Shown: positions 1 through 10,252 of the stretch, piece after piece
Layout: the number at the start of each line of letters is the position of its first letter
Numbering within the stretch: the stretch's first letter is position 1
Source: Nitrospiraceae bacterium
GTDB lineage: Bacteria > Nitrospirota > Nitrospiria > Nitrospirales > UBA2166
Assembly: GCA_002726235.1 (NCBI GenBank)
Contig: PBSN01000025.1
Location: forward strand, 1 to 64,000
Length of the DNA stretch: 64,000 nt
Direction: 5' to 3'
Position numbers and translations under genes: made by a program
The notes under the pieces: generated by a model
What the model was told of the DNA's origin: nothing
Databases searched by the model: none
Seen by the model: the letters and a program-made list of their open reading frames with translations, nothing else

Positions 1-222
1 GATACTGATCCCGGGAAGCAGTGTTACCAGCGTAAATTCAATAACTCCGCCGGCCAACACCGCAGGTGCCATCGACAGAACAATTAGAAACTTGAGTGTT
101 CCTGCACTCAGTGACCACATTTCACGGAGATTTGGATTCTTGTAGGACGCAATGATAAGGATCGCGCCTACCAAAGAAACAAACACGGCAAGGAGAGGCC
201 TAAAGGAAAGGAACGTGTCCAT
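1..222 (-). CDS. Antiporter-like membrane subunit (MrpD / NuoL-M-N family), N-terminal part, truncated by window edge
   Basis: Manual translation from ATG at 222: MDTFLSFRPLLAVFVSLVGAILIIASYKNPNLREMWSLSAGTLKFLIVLSMAPAVLAGGVIEFTLVTLLPGISI. Hydrophobic, with a 'PNLRE.WS' pattern resembling MrpD-type subunits. Downstream of nuoK. Confidence 0.7.
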   Translation of the reverse strand, partial: MDTFLSFRPLLAVFVSLVGAILIIASYKNPNLREMWSLSAGTLKFLIVLSMAPAVLAGGVIEFTLVTLLPGISI

Positions 223-341
223 ACCTCGCCGTCAGGTCTTCCGAAACGGGGCAAACCCAAGTGAAGGCGTTACACCAGAACCAAACACATATGGATGCAG
301 TTCTATTAATCCATGATTGCTGACGACTACCAGGATCATCG

Positions 342-644
342 TCACCATTTCATTAACCTAAATTCTTCGACATTGACCGTGGCATGGCCGCGATAGAGTG
401 CAATGACAATTGCCAATCCAACTGCAACTTCCGCCGCAGCGATGGTAAGAACAAACACCACGAACACCTGACCCGCGACATCCTGGAAATAGTGGGAGAA
501 CGCTACGAAATTAATGTTTGCAGCGTTGAACATAAGTTCGATGGACAACAACAGAATAATGAGATTGCGTCGGATCAAAACCCCGACAGTTCCAATCGTA
601 AACAAGACCGCACTTAATATGACATAGGCCGACAGTGGGACCAT
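342..644 (-). CDS. nuoK: NADH-quinone oxidoreductase subunit K
   Basis: 100 aa, 3 TM; RRNLII.LLSIELM.NAANINFV and AAAEVAVGLA motifs; C-terminal MKW. Confidence 0.95.
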   Translation of the reverse strand: MVPLSAYVILSAVLFTIGTVGVLIRRNLIILLLSIELMFNAANINFVAFSHYFQDVAGQVFVVFVLTIAAAEVAVGLAIVIALYRGHATVNVEEFRLMKW

Positions 645-675
645 AATTTGTTCCCCTCAGGCTCCTGTGGAGCCC

Positions 676-1188
676 TTAAGATTCCTTCTCGAATATGTTC
701 TTTTTCGCCAAAAAGATCGCGCCGATCATGGCAACGAGCAAGATGAGGGACGCGACCTCAAACGGAAAAAGGTAACGCGTAAAGAGGAGATGCCCAATAG
801 ATTCGGTGGTGCCAGGTGGATCCTCTATCACTTTGGTTGTGGCGGTGAGTCCCTGCCCAAATGTCGAGCGGCCCAGAATGTAGATGATTTCCGCAATGAT
901 GGCGAATCCAAGTACGAGTCCAGCCACCAATTGTCGGTGATAACCTTCTTCAGCTTTGACATCGAGCAGCATCACAACAAATAGATAGAGAACTAATATC
1001 GCGCCGGCATATGCAATAACCTGGACTGCAAAGATAAATTCTGCGTCCAACAAGAGATAAATTCCCGCGACGTGAAAAAAGAGGACCAAAAGGGAAAGGG
1101 CGCTGTACATGGGATTGCGGAGTCCCACGACCATGACACCTGTGGCCACAATCACCCCTGCAAAATATGAGAATAGTAAAATTGCCAT
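676..1188 (-). CDS. nuoJ: NADH-quinone oxidoreductase subunit J
   Basis: From MAILLFSYF (ATG 1188): NPMYSAL, L.AEFI.AVQVI.YAGAILVLYLFVVMLL, YLFPFEVASLILLVAMIGAI motifs. The ORF-track extension to 1470 is not NuoJ-like. Confidence 0.93.
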   Translation of the reverse strand: MAILLFSYFAGVIVATGVMVVGLRNPMYSALSLLVLFFHVAGIYLLLDAEFIFAVQVIAYAGAILVLYLFVVMLLDVKAEEGYHRQLVAGLVLGFAIIAEIIYILGRSTFGQGLTATTKVIEDPPGTTESIGHLLFTRYLFPFEVASLILLVAMIGAIFLAKKNIFEKES

Positions 1189-1201
1189 ATCTTTAAGCTC
1201 T

Positions 1202-1232
1202 AAAGCCCTACAGTGCGGGGCAAAAGCCCTAC
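1202..1232 (-). promoter_or_regulatory. Direct repeat GTAGGGCTTT x2 (21-bp period) in the nuoJ leader
   Basis: aaagccctac at 1202-1211 and 1223-1232 on +, 14-44 nt upstream of the nuoJ ATG. Confidence 0.35.
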
Positions 1233-1698
1233 CCAGAGGAGCAGAAATATACAATATCGCACAAATCCACGCAATCCTTATGTCCTTGGAGACAAACTCT
1301 GAGTCCAACAGAAGATGGAATTCCACTGATATGGGAGAAAACGGATCAATTCGAAAGTGCAATGAAAACGCGTCGCAAAGAGTAAGACATAACCAAGCGG
1401 CGACCAAAATGCTCGGATATATTTCTATCATCACTCCCTTCCTCAGTGTCAAAGGGAGAGGACGATTCACACAGAGTTACAGAATCTCTCGCCCACGATG
1501 CCTGTGGCGAAATACTTACAGGTCATCAAATCTTCATTTAAGGCTATGAAACTACACACACAAAAGAATTTAATGACGAAAACACTACGCCCGCATACCG
1601 CTAATCTTACCCACGATAAAAACCACATCACACTGAAGGCGTGGACAGTACGCCCTCCTCACGAAACTCACGAATCCCTCAAGTAAGTCGCGAGTTAT

Positions 1699-1727
1699 TT
1701 GCAACACCGTGTAAGTTTTGCTAGCAT
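1699..1727 (+). promoter_or_regulatory. Putative sigma70 promoter for the hemolysin-family gene
   Basis: TTGCAA-N17-TAGCAT with a TG extended -10, ending 15 nt before ATG 1743. Confidence 0.45.
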
Positions 1728-1742
1728 GGTCGGACATACCCT

Positions 1743-3071
1743 ATGTGGCTATTGCTCTCAGCCATCTTCGTCCTCATTCTTCTGAACGGTTTCTTCGCCT
1801 GTGCCGAGCTTGCGGTGCTCAAGTCGCGGAGAAGCCGGATGCAGGAGCTTGCCGAAACAGGACAGGACAGCGCGAAACTTGTTCTCCAACTACAGGAGAA
1901 CTCCGATAGATTTCTAGCAACCGTTCAGATTGGAATTACCGTAGTCGGCGCTACTGCCGCTGCGCTCGGGGGTGTTGGCTCTGTCGGACTCCTCAAACCT
2001 GCCATTGAGCATCTCCCTAGCGAAATGCTGCAACAGGTGGCTGAAATTGTGGCGGTGGGAACGGTGATTCTCACCATTTCTTACCTCTCACTGGTATTGG
2101 GGGAACTATTTCCAAAATCACTTGCCTTAAGGAACCCGGAAAAGATGGCGCTGTGGGTGGTTCGTCCGATTTATCTGCTTTCCACCCTCGTCTCATCAGG
2201 CATCCGACCGCTCACCGCTTCAAGTCAATTATTGCTTAGAGTATTTGGACGTGCCCTTCCTGAAGAGAAGGTATCGGTATCTGAAGAGGAAATTAAGCAC
2301 CTAGTTGAAGAGGGCCTGGAAGAAGGAGTTTTCGATAAAACGGAGCAGGATCTCATTCGAAGTGTCTTTGAGTTTACCGATACATCTGTCAAGGAAATTA
2401 TCGTACCTCGACCAAAAATCTATGCGATCTCACGGGACATGCCAATTGATGATGTGTTGAGTTACATTGACGAACATAAATTCTCGCGATATCCCGTCTT
2501 TGAGCAAGGCCTGAACAATTTGAACGGAATACTCTATTACCGTGACCTTCTCGGGGTAATGGCCTCAGGACGTCCAGTACAAATCCTAGAACTGCTCCAC
2601 CCCGTGTATTACGTTCCAGAAACAATGAAGGTGAGTTTGCTACTCAAGGAAATGCAACGAAGGCGGGTGCATATGGCCATTGTTGTGAATGAGCATGGAA
2701 GTATTGAGGGGTTGGTGACGCTAGAGGACCTGATAGAGGAAATTGTTGGTGAGATCCATGATGAATATGATGACGGTGAAGAGCAGAAGGTGGAGCAACT
2801 GCAGGATGGCGCGTTGATCATTGATGCTGCGTGCACTGCGGACGATCTTCGAACTGAATATGAACTTCCTATTCAAGAGTCCCCGGAATATGAAACGCTT
2901 GGTGGATTTATGCTGGATAGATTGCAAAGCATGGCACGAGGCGGGGATGTCATCCGACATGATGGCTACAAGTTTACCGTCGTTGACATGGATGAGCGCC
3001 GGATCAAGAAGGTGAAGGTTGAACGTGAGACACCGGATGCTACACCAGCGATCCCTCAAGATTCAGCCTAG
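1743..3071 (+). CDS. Hemolysin family CNNM(DUF21)-CBS-CorC/HlyC protein (Mg2+/Co2+ transport-related)
   Basis: LNGFFA..E.A, FLATVQIGIT, GEL.PKSLAL; tandem CBS (FSRYPV, VVNEHG..EGLVTLEDLIEEIVGEI.DEYD); C-terminal YETLGG. Confidence 0.92.
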   Translation: MWLLLSAIFVLILLNGFFACAELAVLKSRRSRMQELAETGQDSAKLVLQLQENSDRFLATVQIGITVVGATAAALGGVGSVGLLKPAIEHLPSEMLQQVAEIVAVGTVILTISYLSLVLGELFPKSLALRNPEKMALWVVRPIYLLSTLVSSGIRPLTASSQLLLRVFGRALPEEKVSVSEEEIKHLVEEGLEEGVFDKTEQDLIRSVFEFTDTSVKEIIVPRPKIYAISRDMPIDDVLSYIDEHKFSRYPVFEQGLNNLNGILYYRDLLGVMASGRPVQILELLHPVYYVPETMKVSLLLKEMQRRRVHMAIVVNEHGSIEGLVTLEDLIEEIVGEIHDEYDDGEEQKVEQLQDGALIIDAACTADDLRTEYELPIQESPEYETLGGFMLDRLQSMARGGDVIRHDGYKFTVVDMDERRIKKVKVERETPDATPAIPQDSA

Positions 3072-3166
3072 TGTAATGTTCAATGTTCTATAAATAAAAG
3101 GGTCCAGCTTCACCAGTCTGCTCCACTATAAGAACCTTTAAGTTCGCTTTCACTTCTCATCTCGCA

Positions 3167-4054
3167 CTACGTATCTCTTTCGTATAATTTTGTCTCCGTA
3201 AGATGTTGATCAACATGTTGTCGAAATGCGTTGTGCAGATGGATCGTCATCTGGCCAGGATTTCCCTGTCCAATGACGTGAGAATCAACCTGAGTAACCG
3301 GCATCAGCTCCATTGACGTGTTGGTCATAAAACACTCATCTGCTGAATAGAGTGTATCAACTGTCAACGACTGCTGGCAGCATGAAATTCCATTTTCCTG
3401 TGCAATTCTGAGTACGGCATCTCGAGTAATTCCCTCCAATATTCCGCAGGTGGCGGCAGGAGTATAGAGACGCCCTTGCCTGACGAGAAAAAGATTGCTT
3501 GTCGTCGTTTCGGTGAGGTGATTGTGCTGATTGAGCATGATCGCGTCAAACGCGCATTTCCGAGTCGCTTCTACTTTTGCGAGGATATTGTTCAGGAAGT
3601 TAAGCGATTTGATGCTCGGTGGTACACTCTCAATCGGGTTTCGCTTGATCGTGACGATAACGAGAGACACTCCTTCCAAATAGCAAGTGGATGGGAAAGG
3701 TTGATAGGACCGTGTCGTGATAACCGTTGTGTGGTGGCTACCTGGCCCAGGGTCGAGCCCATGAGGGCCTACACCACGGGTGATCGTCATGCGAACAATG
3801 GCATCACCAAGCGTGTTGCGATCAATCAACTCTCGAAGAATCGCTGTAAAATCCTGCTTTGACTGTTGAATACACAGATCGATCATCTCCGCTGATTGAA
3901 ATAACCGTTCGAGATGTTGCTCAACCCACGCGATGCGTCCCTGATATGCCCGCATCGTCTCAAACACACCGTCCCCATAGAGAAACCCACGATCAAACAC
4001 TGAAATGGTCGCACACTTCTCGTCCACAAATTGACCGTTGAGGTAGATATACAT
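3167..4054 (-). CDS. PLP-dependent class IV aminotransferase (aminodeoxychorismate lyase / IlvE-like)
   Basis: DRGFLYGDGVFETMR, IKSLNFLNNILAK (PLP Lys), ETTTSNLF, ILEGITR; directly follows the PabB-like gene. Confidence 0.88.
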   Translation of the reverse strand: MYIYLNGQFVDEKCATISVFDRGFLYGDGVFETMRAYQGRIAWVEQHLERLFQSAEMIDLCIQQSKQDFTAILRELIDRNTLGDAIVRMTITRGVGPHGLDPGPGSHHTTVITTRSYQPFPSTCYLEGVSLVIVTIKRNPIESVPPSIKSLNFLNNILAKVEATRKCAFDAIMLNQHNHLTETTTSNLFLVRQGRLYTPAATCGILEGITRDAVLRIAQENGISCCQQSLTVDTLYSADECFMTNTSMELMPVTQVDSHVIGQGNPGQMTIHLHNAFRQHVDQHLTETKLYERDT

Positions 4055-4056
4055 TG

Positions 4057-5487
4057 CTAGTTTCGAATCGCAGCAAACAAAGCCTCTGCCTTTAACAAAG
4101 TCTCTTCATATTCTCGCTCTGGGATTGAGTCTGCAACAATTCCTGCACCAACTTGAATATATCCATGAGTGCCTTTGACGATGATAGAGCGAATAAGAAT
4201 ATTAAGATCAAAATCTCCAGAGAGGCTCAGGTAGCCGAGTGATCCAGTATAGGGTCCGCGAGTGATAGGTTCGAGTTCGTCAAGAATTTCCATGCACCGA
4301 ATTTTTGGAACGCCAGTAATGGTTCCCCCAGGAAACATCGCTTGGATAAGATCAAAGGCATCCCGTGACTCTGACAGCTGACCTTGAACGGTCGAGGCAA
4401 TATGAGTGACATGCGAACACTGCTCAACAGCCATAAACTCTTTCGTCTGGACGCTTCCATAGCGACAAACACGTCCTAGATCGTTTCGTTCGAGATCCAC
4501 CAACATAACGTGCTCCGCTCGCTCTTTCGGGTCGGTAAGAAGTTCGTCAGTTAACCGAGAATCATCGTCCACCGTCTTTCCGCGCTGTTTTGTCCCAGCG
4601 AGAGGCCGGGTATCAGCGACGCGGTTATGCAATCGAACCAGCCGCTCAGGAGATACGCTCACGATTGTGACATCATCAAACTCAATGAATGCTCCAAATG
4701 GGGAAGGGTTCACTTCACGAAGCCGTTGGTACAGAGATCGTGGCTCGCACCCATCCAGATCCACAACAAACCGCTGTGATAGGTTGGCCTGATAAATATC
4801 TCCTGCGGCAATGTATTCTTGGCATTTTCGTACTCGATGCATGTAGGTTTCTTTCGAAAAGACTGAGGTCAGGGTTGAGGAAATTCCTGCGATATCTTTC
4901 GTGGACGATGGGGGTGTTTTCAGCCGTGCGTCAAGATCGGAGAGTTTCTCGTTCCACTCTGAGCAAAGAGTGTCCGGAGATTCTGTCGCGCAGCGGTCTT
5001 TGGGCGGAGCAAAGATAACATACATCTGTTGCTCAATATGATCAATTGCGACTACAAAATCCACAAAAATGAGGTGGATGTCGGGTAATTGAAGGTCGTC
5101 AGCGGCAATCCGTGGAAGATTTTCAAAATTGTGCACGAAGTCATAGGAGAAGTACCCCACAGCACCCCCGAAAAAAGGAGGTAGCGAATTTCGATTCTGA
5201 TACCCAATACGGGAGAAAATGTTTCGTAGTTCTGACAACGGATCCCCATGCAACACACGTGTTCCAGAAGGTTCTGCGAACTCAATTGTCGATCCCTTGC
5301 ACTTGAAGGAGAGGTAAGGATCTGTACCGATGAAGCTGTACCGTGCAATGTCCGGGGTGCCCTTCCCGCTTTCCAGCAGAAATGAATGTGCACCTGGCGT
5401 CGCAAGACGACAATAGATCTCGAATGGATTAAGGTCGGGAAGGGGGCGGGTCTGGTAGAAAGGAACGGATGTGTAGTTCTTATTCAT
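4057..5487 (-). CDS. pabB: Aminodeoxychorismate synthase component I / anthranilate synthase I family
   Basis: FLLES, RYSF, GDIYQANLS, NPSPF, SPE, KERAEHVMLVDLERNDLGRV, FPGGTITGVPK (PabB-type). Likely start ATG 5487, overlapping the accA stop. Confidence 0.82.
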   Translation of the reverse strand: MNKNYTSVPFYQTRPLPDLNPFEIYCRLATPGAHSFLLESGKGTPDIARYSFIGTDPYLSFKCKGSTIEFAEPSGTRVLHGDPLSELRNIFSRIGYQNRNSLPPFFGGAVGYFSYDFVHNFENLPRIAADDLQLPDIHLIFVDFVVAIDHIEQQMYVIFAPPKDRCATESPDTLCSEWNEKLSDLDARLKTPPSSTKDIAGISSTLTSVFSKETYMHRVRKCQEYIAAGDIYQANLSQRFVVDLDGCEPRSLYQRLREVNPSPFGAFIEFDDVTIVSVSPERLVRLHNRVADTRPLAGTKQRGKTVDDDSRLTDELLTDPKERAEHVMLVDLERNDLGRVCRYGSVQTKEFMAVEQCSHVTHIASTVQGQLSESRDAFDLIQAMFPGGTITGVPKIRCMEILDELEPITRGPYTGSLGYLSLSGDFDLNILIRSIIVKGTHGYIQVGAGIVADSIPEREYEETLLKAEALFAAIRN

Positions 5488-6430
5488 TGAAGCGGCCGAT
5501 ATGACGAAATTTTTCATACCGGAGATCCACCAATTCATCAATTGGGACAGCGGCAAGTTTTTGAAAGTGCGTCGTCAAGGACATCACGATCTGCTCAGCC
5601 ATACCCGATGGATTTTCATGCGCGCCTCCCACAGGTTCTGGAATAATCTCGTCAACGATGCCAAACGCGAGCAGGTCATCAGCGGTTAGTCGTAAGGCCT
5701 CCGCAGCCTCTGGCACTTTGTCTCCACTTCCCCACAAGATGGCTGCACAGCCTTCTGGGGAAATTACCGAATAGATAGAGTGTTCCAGCATGAGAATGCG
5801 ATCGGTGACACCCATGGCCAAGGCCCCGCCGCTACCGCCTTCTCCAATCACAAGTGAGATCGATGGCACCCGCAGGGCCGCCATCGCCATAAGATTTTGT
5901 GCAATTGCTTGCGCTTGACCACGCTCCTCTGCACCCATTCCTGGATTCCCTCCCGGAGAATCCAAGAGCGTCAAAATCGGTTTGTTAAACTTCTCCGCAA
6001 GCTTCATAAGGCGCAATGCTTTGCGATATCCTTCCGGATTAGGCATCCCAAAGTTTCGTTTGACCCTCTCTTTAAGCGTTCTTCCTTTGTGGTGTGCCAC
6101 GACCATGATCGATCGCCCAGCAAGTGTTGCGAGACCGCCAAGAATGGCGGGGTCATCCGAGAAAGTTCGATCGCCGTGGAGTTCGGTAAAGTTTTCAAAC
6201 AGAAGATTGGCATAGGCAAGGGCAGTTGGACGTTGAGGATGGCGTGCAACTTGGGTTCGCTCCCAGGGAGAGAGTTTCGCGTAGATATCTCGCTGTAGGC
6301 ACGCAAGCTGTGAACGAAGCTCCTTCAGTTCTTCGCGAACCGCTGGTGTGGGATTCATGGTCTTTGCCAGGGTATCGATTTTCGCTTTGATCGCATTGAG
6401 AGGCTTTTCGAAATTGAGATCGTCGGTCAT
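5480..6430 (-). CDS. accA: Acetyl-CoA carboxylase carboxyltransferase alpha
   Basis: ARHPQRP, ELHGDR..DD.AI.GG, RNFGMP.PEGYRKALRLM, GEGGSGGALA, YSVISPEGCAAILW. Confidence 0.97.
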   Translation of the reverse strand: MTDDLNFEKPLNAIKAKIDTLAKTMNPTPAVREELKELRSQLACLQRDIYAKLSPWERTQVARHPQRPTALAYANLLFENFTELHGDRTFSDDPAILGGLATLAGRSIMVVAHHKGRTLKERVKRNFGMPNPEGYRKALRLMKLAEKFNKPILTLLDSPGGNPGMGAEERGQAQAIAQNLMAMAALRVPSISLVIGEGGSGGALAMGVTDRILMLEHSIYSVISPEGCAAILWGSGDKVPEAAEALRLTADDLLAFGIVDEIIPEPVGGAHENPSGMAEQIVMSLTTHFQKLAAVPIDELVDLRYEKFRHIGRFNE

Positions 6431-9400
6431 AAAATGGGATCCTCGCCAGAGAATTCCTCATGAAAATGAACCGTCCCCTCGCCAAGCAAGGCTTCAATAT
6501 CAACCAGACAATGCTCCGTTGGTTGGACATGAAATGACTGAGGTAACGTGATGGTCGCCACCGCCTGACTTGGAATTCGCAGGCGCAATGTCACAGGACA
6601 TGGCCCACGGTGCGCTTGAAGGAGGTGTTTCGTCTGAGTGAGAAGCTCTGAAGTGAGACGTTGAGTGTTCATCGAAATATGCATGTGGCCGATGGGCGGA
6701 TGATCGGGCAGCAACTCAATGGAAGTTGCTTTGACCTTCACCCCTGTTTCAACACGATCAATGGTACCAGTGACCACAATAAGCGTATCTTCGCTCAAAA
6801 GCTCTGCGGCAGTTCGAAAGGTCTGCGGAAAAACGATAACATCAGTGCGTCCATACAGGTCTTCTAATTGAAACATCGCCATCCGCTCACCCTTCTTGGT
6901 GGTGGTTTGGCGACAAGTCGCAACAATTCCACCAAGTCTGACTTGCTTCCCGTCAGCAATGTCTTGGACCGTTTCTGATGTTGCAGTTGCGATCTGCTTG
7001 AGTATCGAGGTGTAGGGTGCCAACGGATGAGAAGTAATATAGAACCCAACGAGTTCTTTTTCCCATTTTAGCCGTTCGTGTTGGTCCCACTCTGGGATGG
7101 CAGGAAGCGTCAAAGAATGGATTTTCTCACTGGCCGCTGTAGTGGCAAAGAGATTTGTTTGCCCAGCTTGTTTTTCACGCTGTGCACGCATGCCCTCATC
7201 CATGGCACGATCAAGTACGGCCATGAGCTGCGAACGCTTCGCCCCAGTCGAATCAAAAGCACCAGCCCTAATGAGGCCTTCAAGCACACGTTTGTTAAGT
7301 TTGCGAGAATCAACTTCTCTCGTGACGTTTATAAGGCTTGCAAAACTGCCCAGTTTTGCTCTTGCCACAAGAATGGCCTCAATGGCGCCTTCTCCCACAT
7401 TTTTGATTGCGGCAAGGCCAAACCGGATTCCATGTGGAGTTACGGTAAAATCCTTGTGGCTTTCATTGATGTCAGGAGGCAATATCGGAATCGCGAGTTC
7501 ATGGCATTCGTTGAGGTACCGGACGATTTTGTCTGAGTTTCCGCTTTCCGTTGTAAGTAACGCCGCCATAAACTCGTTTTGGAAGTGGGTCTTGAGGTAT
7601 GCGGTCTGGTAGGTGATGATCGCGTAGGCAGCGGAATGGGATTTGTTGAATCCATAGCCAGCAAAATAGGCGATGAGATCGAACATTTTTTCCGCTTTCG
7701 TCTTTTCCATGCCTTTCCCGGTGGCACCATCAATGAACTTTATTTTCTGCTTCTCCATCTCTTCAGGCTTCTTCTTACCCATCGCACGCCGAAGAAGGTC
7801 TGCCTGTCCGAGTGAGAATCCCGCGATTTTATTTGCGATGGTCATAACCTGTTCCTGATATACGATCACGCCGTAGGTATCACGAAGGATCTCCTCCAGC
7901 ATGGGAGCATCGTAGGAAATCGGAACGGTGCCGCGTTTTCGTTTGATAAAGTCGTCAACCATACCACTCCCAATTGGCCCTGGACGAAACAGAGCGAGAA
8001 TGGCAATCAAGTCTTCAAATGACTCTGGGCGTATTTTGGCGAGAAGATCTTGCATGCCAGCGCTTTCCAACTGAAAGATACCCGTTGCTTTTCCTGAGGA
8101 AAGAAGCGCATAAGTCTTGGAATCATCAAGCGGAATACTAGCGATTGAGAAGTCTTGGCTTTTCGAACCGCGGTGCTCCTGTTCAAGCGCGGAAAAGTGG
8201 TGTTGTTTGATTATTTCGACGGTCCGGTTGATCACAGTGAGTGTCTTGAGACCGAGAAAATCGAACTTGATGAGCCCAATTTTCTCGATGTCATTCATCG
8301 GAAATTGTGTGACCGTTTCACCATTGGCCCCACGGAACAGCGGGACATGGTTGGTGAGAGGTTCGTCGGAAATGACGATGCCGGCCGCATGCGTTGATGC
8401 GTGGCGCGCAATCCCTTCGAGGGTTTTCGCCGTCTCCATGAGTTCGTTGATTTGTGGATCTGCCTCAGTCAGTTTTGACAACTGCGGTTCGTTGTGTAAC
8501 GCATCCTGCAAGGTGATATTCAGTTGATTAGGAATGAGTTTCGCCACGCGATCCACATCGGCATAGGGGATTTCCATTACGCGACCGACATCACGCACAA
8601 CGGCTTTGGCTCCGAGGGTGCCAAAGGTGATAATTTGCGCGACGTGGTCTTTCCCATACCGGTCAATCACATAGTTAATCACTTCCTCTCTGCGATCCAT
8701 ACAGAAGTCCATGTCGATATCAGGCAGCGTGACACGCTCTGGATTCAAAAAACGTTCGAAGATAAGGTTATAGGTGAGTGGATCAATATCGGTGATTTGA
8801 AGCACATATGCGACGAGGCTACCAGCGGCAGACCCTCGACCAGGCCCAACTGGAATATTCCTAGACCGAGCGAACTTGATGATATCCCAGACAATCAGGA
8901 AATATCCGGCATACCCCATCGACGTGATGATGGCCAGTTCATCGGCAAGGCGCGCAAAATACACGGAGGGCGATTGTGTGCGAGAGGATTCGTGAAGACG
9001 TTTCTCTAACCCTTTACGTGCGAGTTGTTCCAGATACTCTTCCCGTGTAAGCCCAGGAGGTGGATTATACTTGGGAAGGCGAGTGTGGGAAAAATCCAAC
9101 TGCAAGTCACATTGCTCACTAATGGCATAGGTGTTGTGAGTCGCCCCCGGAACGTCAGCAAACGCTGCAACCATTTCCTCAGGTGTTTTCAGATACAACT
9201 CATGCGTGTGAAACCGCATACGATTGGGATCATTGACGGTCTTGCCGGTTTGAAGGCACAAAAGAATGTCGTGTGCTTTCGCGTCTTCCTTATTCAGGTA
9301 ATGGCAATCATTCGTCCCCACCACGGGGATACCGAGGTTGCGATGAATGTCGAGCAAACCTCGATTGGCAATAGCCTGTTCAGGAAGCCCATTAGCTTGA

Positions 9401-9930
9401 ATTTCTAAGTAATAGCTGCCGTTGCCGAACAGATCTTGATACTGACCGGCCACTCGTGCGGCCTCTTTTGGGTTTTTCTGCCCAATTAAGTGAGGAACCT
9501 CTCCGCTCAAGCATCCTGACAACCCGATAAGGCCGGTGTGGTGCTGACTCAGAAGCTCCTTATCGATTCGAGGTTTGTAGTAAAATCCGTCGAGATGTGA
9601 CGCTGCAACGAGTTTGATGAGATTATGATACCCGGTCTTATTTTTCGCGAGGAGTATAAGGTGATGGTATTCATTGTGTGCGAGATGCCCATTGCGATCA
9701 AATCGACTTCCCGGAGCCATATATACTTCGCACCCAATAATCGGTTTGATCCCGACTCTTGTCGCCGTTTCGTAAAACGAAATTGCTCCAAACAGATTGC
9801 CATGGTCGGTGATAGCTATGGCAGGCATTCCATTCCGCTTCGCTTGTTGCGTCAATTGATCAATTTTTGCAGCACCGTCGAGGAGACTGTACTCAGTGTG
9901 CAGATGAAGGTGGACAAACTCAGAAGCCAT
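6427..9930 (-). CDS. dnaE: DNA polymerase III alpha subunit
   Basis: [18 protein letters not shown] start, [41 protein letters not shown]-terminal OB fold; no intein-sized insert. Confidence 0.98.
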   Translation of the reverse strand: MASEFVHLHLHTEYSLLDGAAKIDQLTQQAKRNGMPAIAITDHGNLFGAISFYETATRVGIKPIIGCEVYMAPGSRFDRNGHLAHNEYHHLILLAKNKTGYHNLIKLVAASHLDGFYYKPRIDKELLSQHHTGLIGLSGCLSGEVPHLIGQKNPKEAARVAGQYQDLFGNGSYYLEIQANGLPEQAIANRGLLDIHRNLGIPVVGTNDCHYLNKEDAKAHDILLCLQTGKTVNDPNRMRFHTHELYLKTPEEMVAAFADVPGATHNTYAISEQCDLQLDFSHTRLPKYNPPPGLTREEYLEQLARKGLEKRLHESSRTQSPSVYFARLADELAIITSMGYAGYFLIVWDIIKFARSRNIPVGPGRGSAAGSLVAYVLQITDIDPLTYNLIFERFLNPERVTLPDIDMDFCMDRREEVINYVIDRYGKDHVAQIITFGTLGAKAVVRDVGRVMEIPYADVDRVAKLIPNQLNITLQDALHNEPQLSKLTEADPQINELMETAKTLEGIARHASTHAAGIVISDEPLTNHVPLFRGANGETVTQFPMNDIEKIGLIKFDFLGLKTLTVINRTVEIIKQHHFSALEQEHRGSKSQDFSIASIPLDDSKTYALLSSGKATGIFQLESAGMQDLLAKIRPESFEDLIAILALFRPGPIGSGMVDDFIKRKRGTVPISYDAPMLEEILRDTYGVIVYQEQVMTIANKIAGFSLGQADLLRRAMGKKKPEEMEKQKIKFIDGATGKGMEKTKAEKMFDLIAYFAGYGFNKSHSAAYAIITYQTAYLKTHFQNEFMAALLTTESGNSDKIVRYLNECHELAIPILPPDINESHKDFTVTPHGIRFGLAAIKNVGEGAIEAILVARAKLGSFASLINVTREVDSRKLNKRVLEGLIRAGAFDSTGAKRSQLMAVLDRAMDEGMRAQREKQAGQTNLFATTAASEKIHSLTLPAIPEWDQHERLKWEKELVGFYITSHPLAPYTSILKQIATATSETVQDIADGKQVRLGGIVATCRQTTTKKGERMAMFQLEDLYGRTDVIVFPQTFRTAAELLSEDTLIVVTGTIDRVETGVKVKATSIELLPDHPPIGHMHISMNTQRLTSELLTQTKHLLQAHRGPCPVTLRLRIPSQAVATITLPQSFHVQPTEHCLVDIEALLGEGTVHFHEEFSGEDPIL

Positions 9931-10011
9931 TGTGCATACTTTCAGATGATGAGAATGAGAAGAATTGGTTCATTTTAACCAAAGACCATAGCTCCGGCAA
10001 GCGCCGAAATA

Positions 10012-10039
10012 TTGACAAACATTAGGCGTGGGGTATCAT
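10012..10039 (+). promoter_or_regulatory. Putative sigma70 promoter upstream of the rfaH-like gene
   Basis: TTGACA-N16-TATCAT. Confidence 0.5.
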
Positions 10040-10070
10040 GTGGTGCGTGTCAATTCTCTCCGTAGTGCAT

Positions 10071-10185
10071 ATATTGAAAAGTCCGCCGACGGCATCTCGA
10101 CCCACGATCGTACTCACGTATTCCGTGTACATTTCGCATGCTAACGATCCTGCGGCCTTGCAGGATAAGCCATTTTGAACACCCC
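10071..10185 (+). repeat. Dispersed ~115-bp element with imperfect terminal inverted repeats (MITE/ERIC-like), copy 1
   Basis: atattgaaaagtccgcc...tcgtactcacgta...aacgatcctgcggccttgcagga...ttttgaacaccc; aligns by eye with 27073-27190 and the reverse complement of 42234-42358. Confidence 0.65.
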
Positions 10186-10252
10186 GCATGTGACGAAATT
10201 TTAACGATCCCACTGACGCATTCTCATCGCGAATTCGGAGCCGGATAACCAT

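Noticed and set aside
232..339. 35-aa minus-strand ORF between nuoK and the MrpD-like gene
   Set aside because: No recognisable motif or TM helix; likely a chance ORF.
1189..1470. 94-aa N-terminal extension of nuoJ in the ORF track
   Set aside because: NuoJ similarity begins at Met 1188; the extension is just an open frame in the intergenic region.
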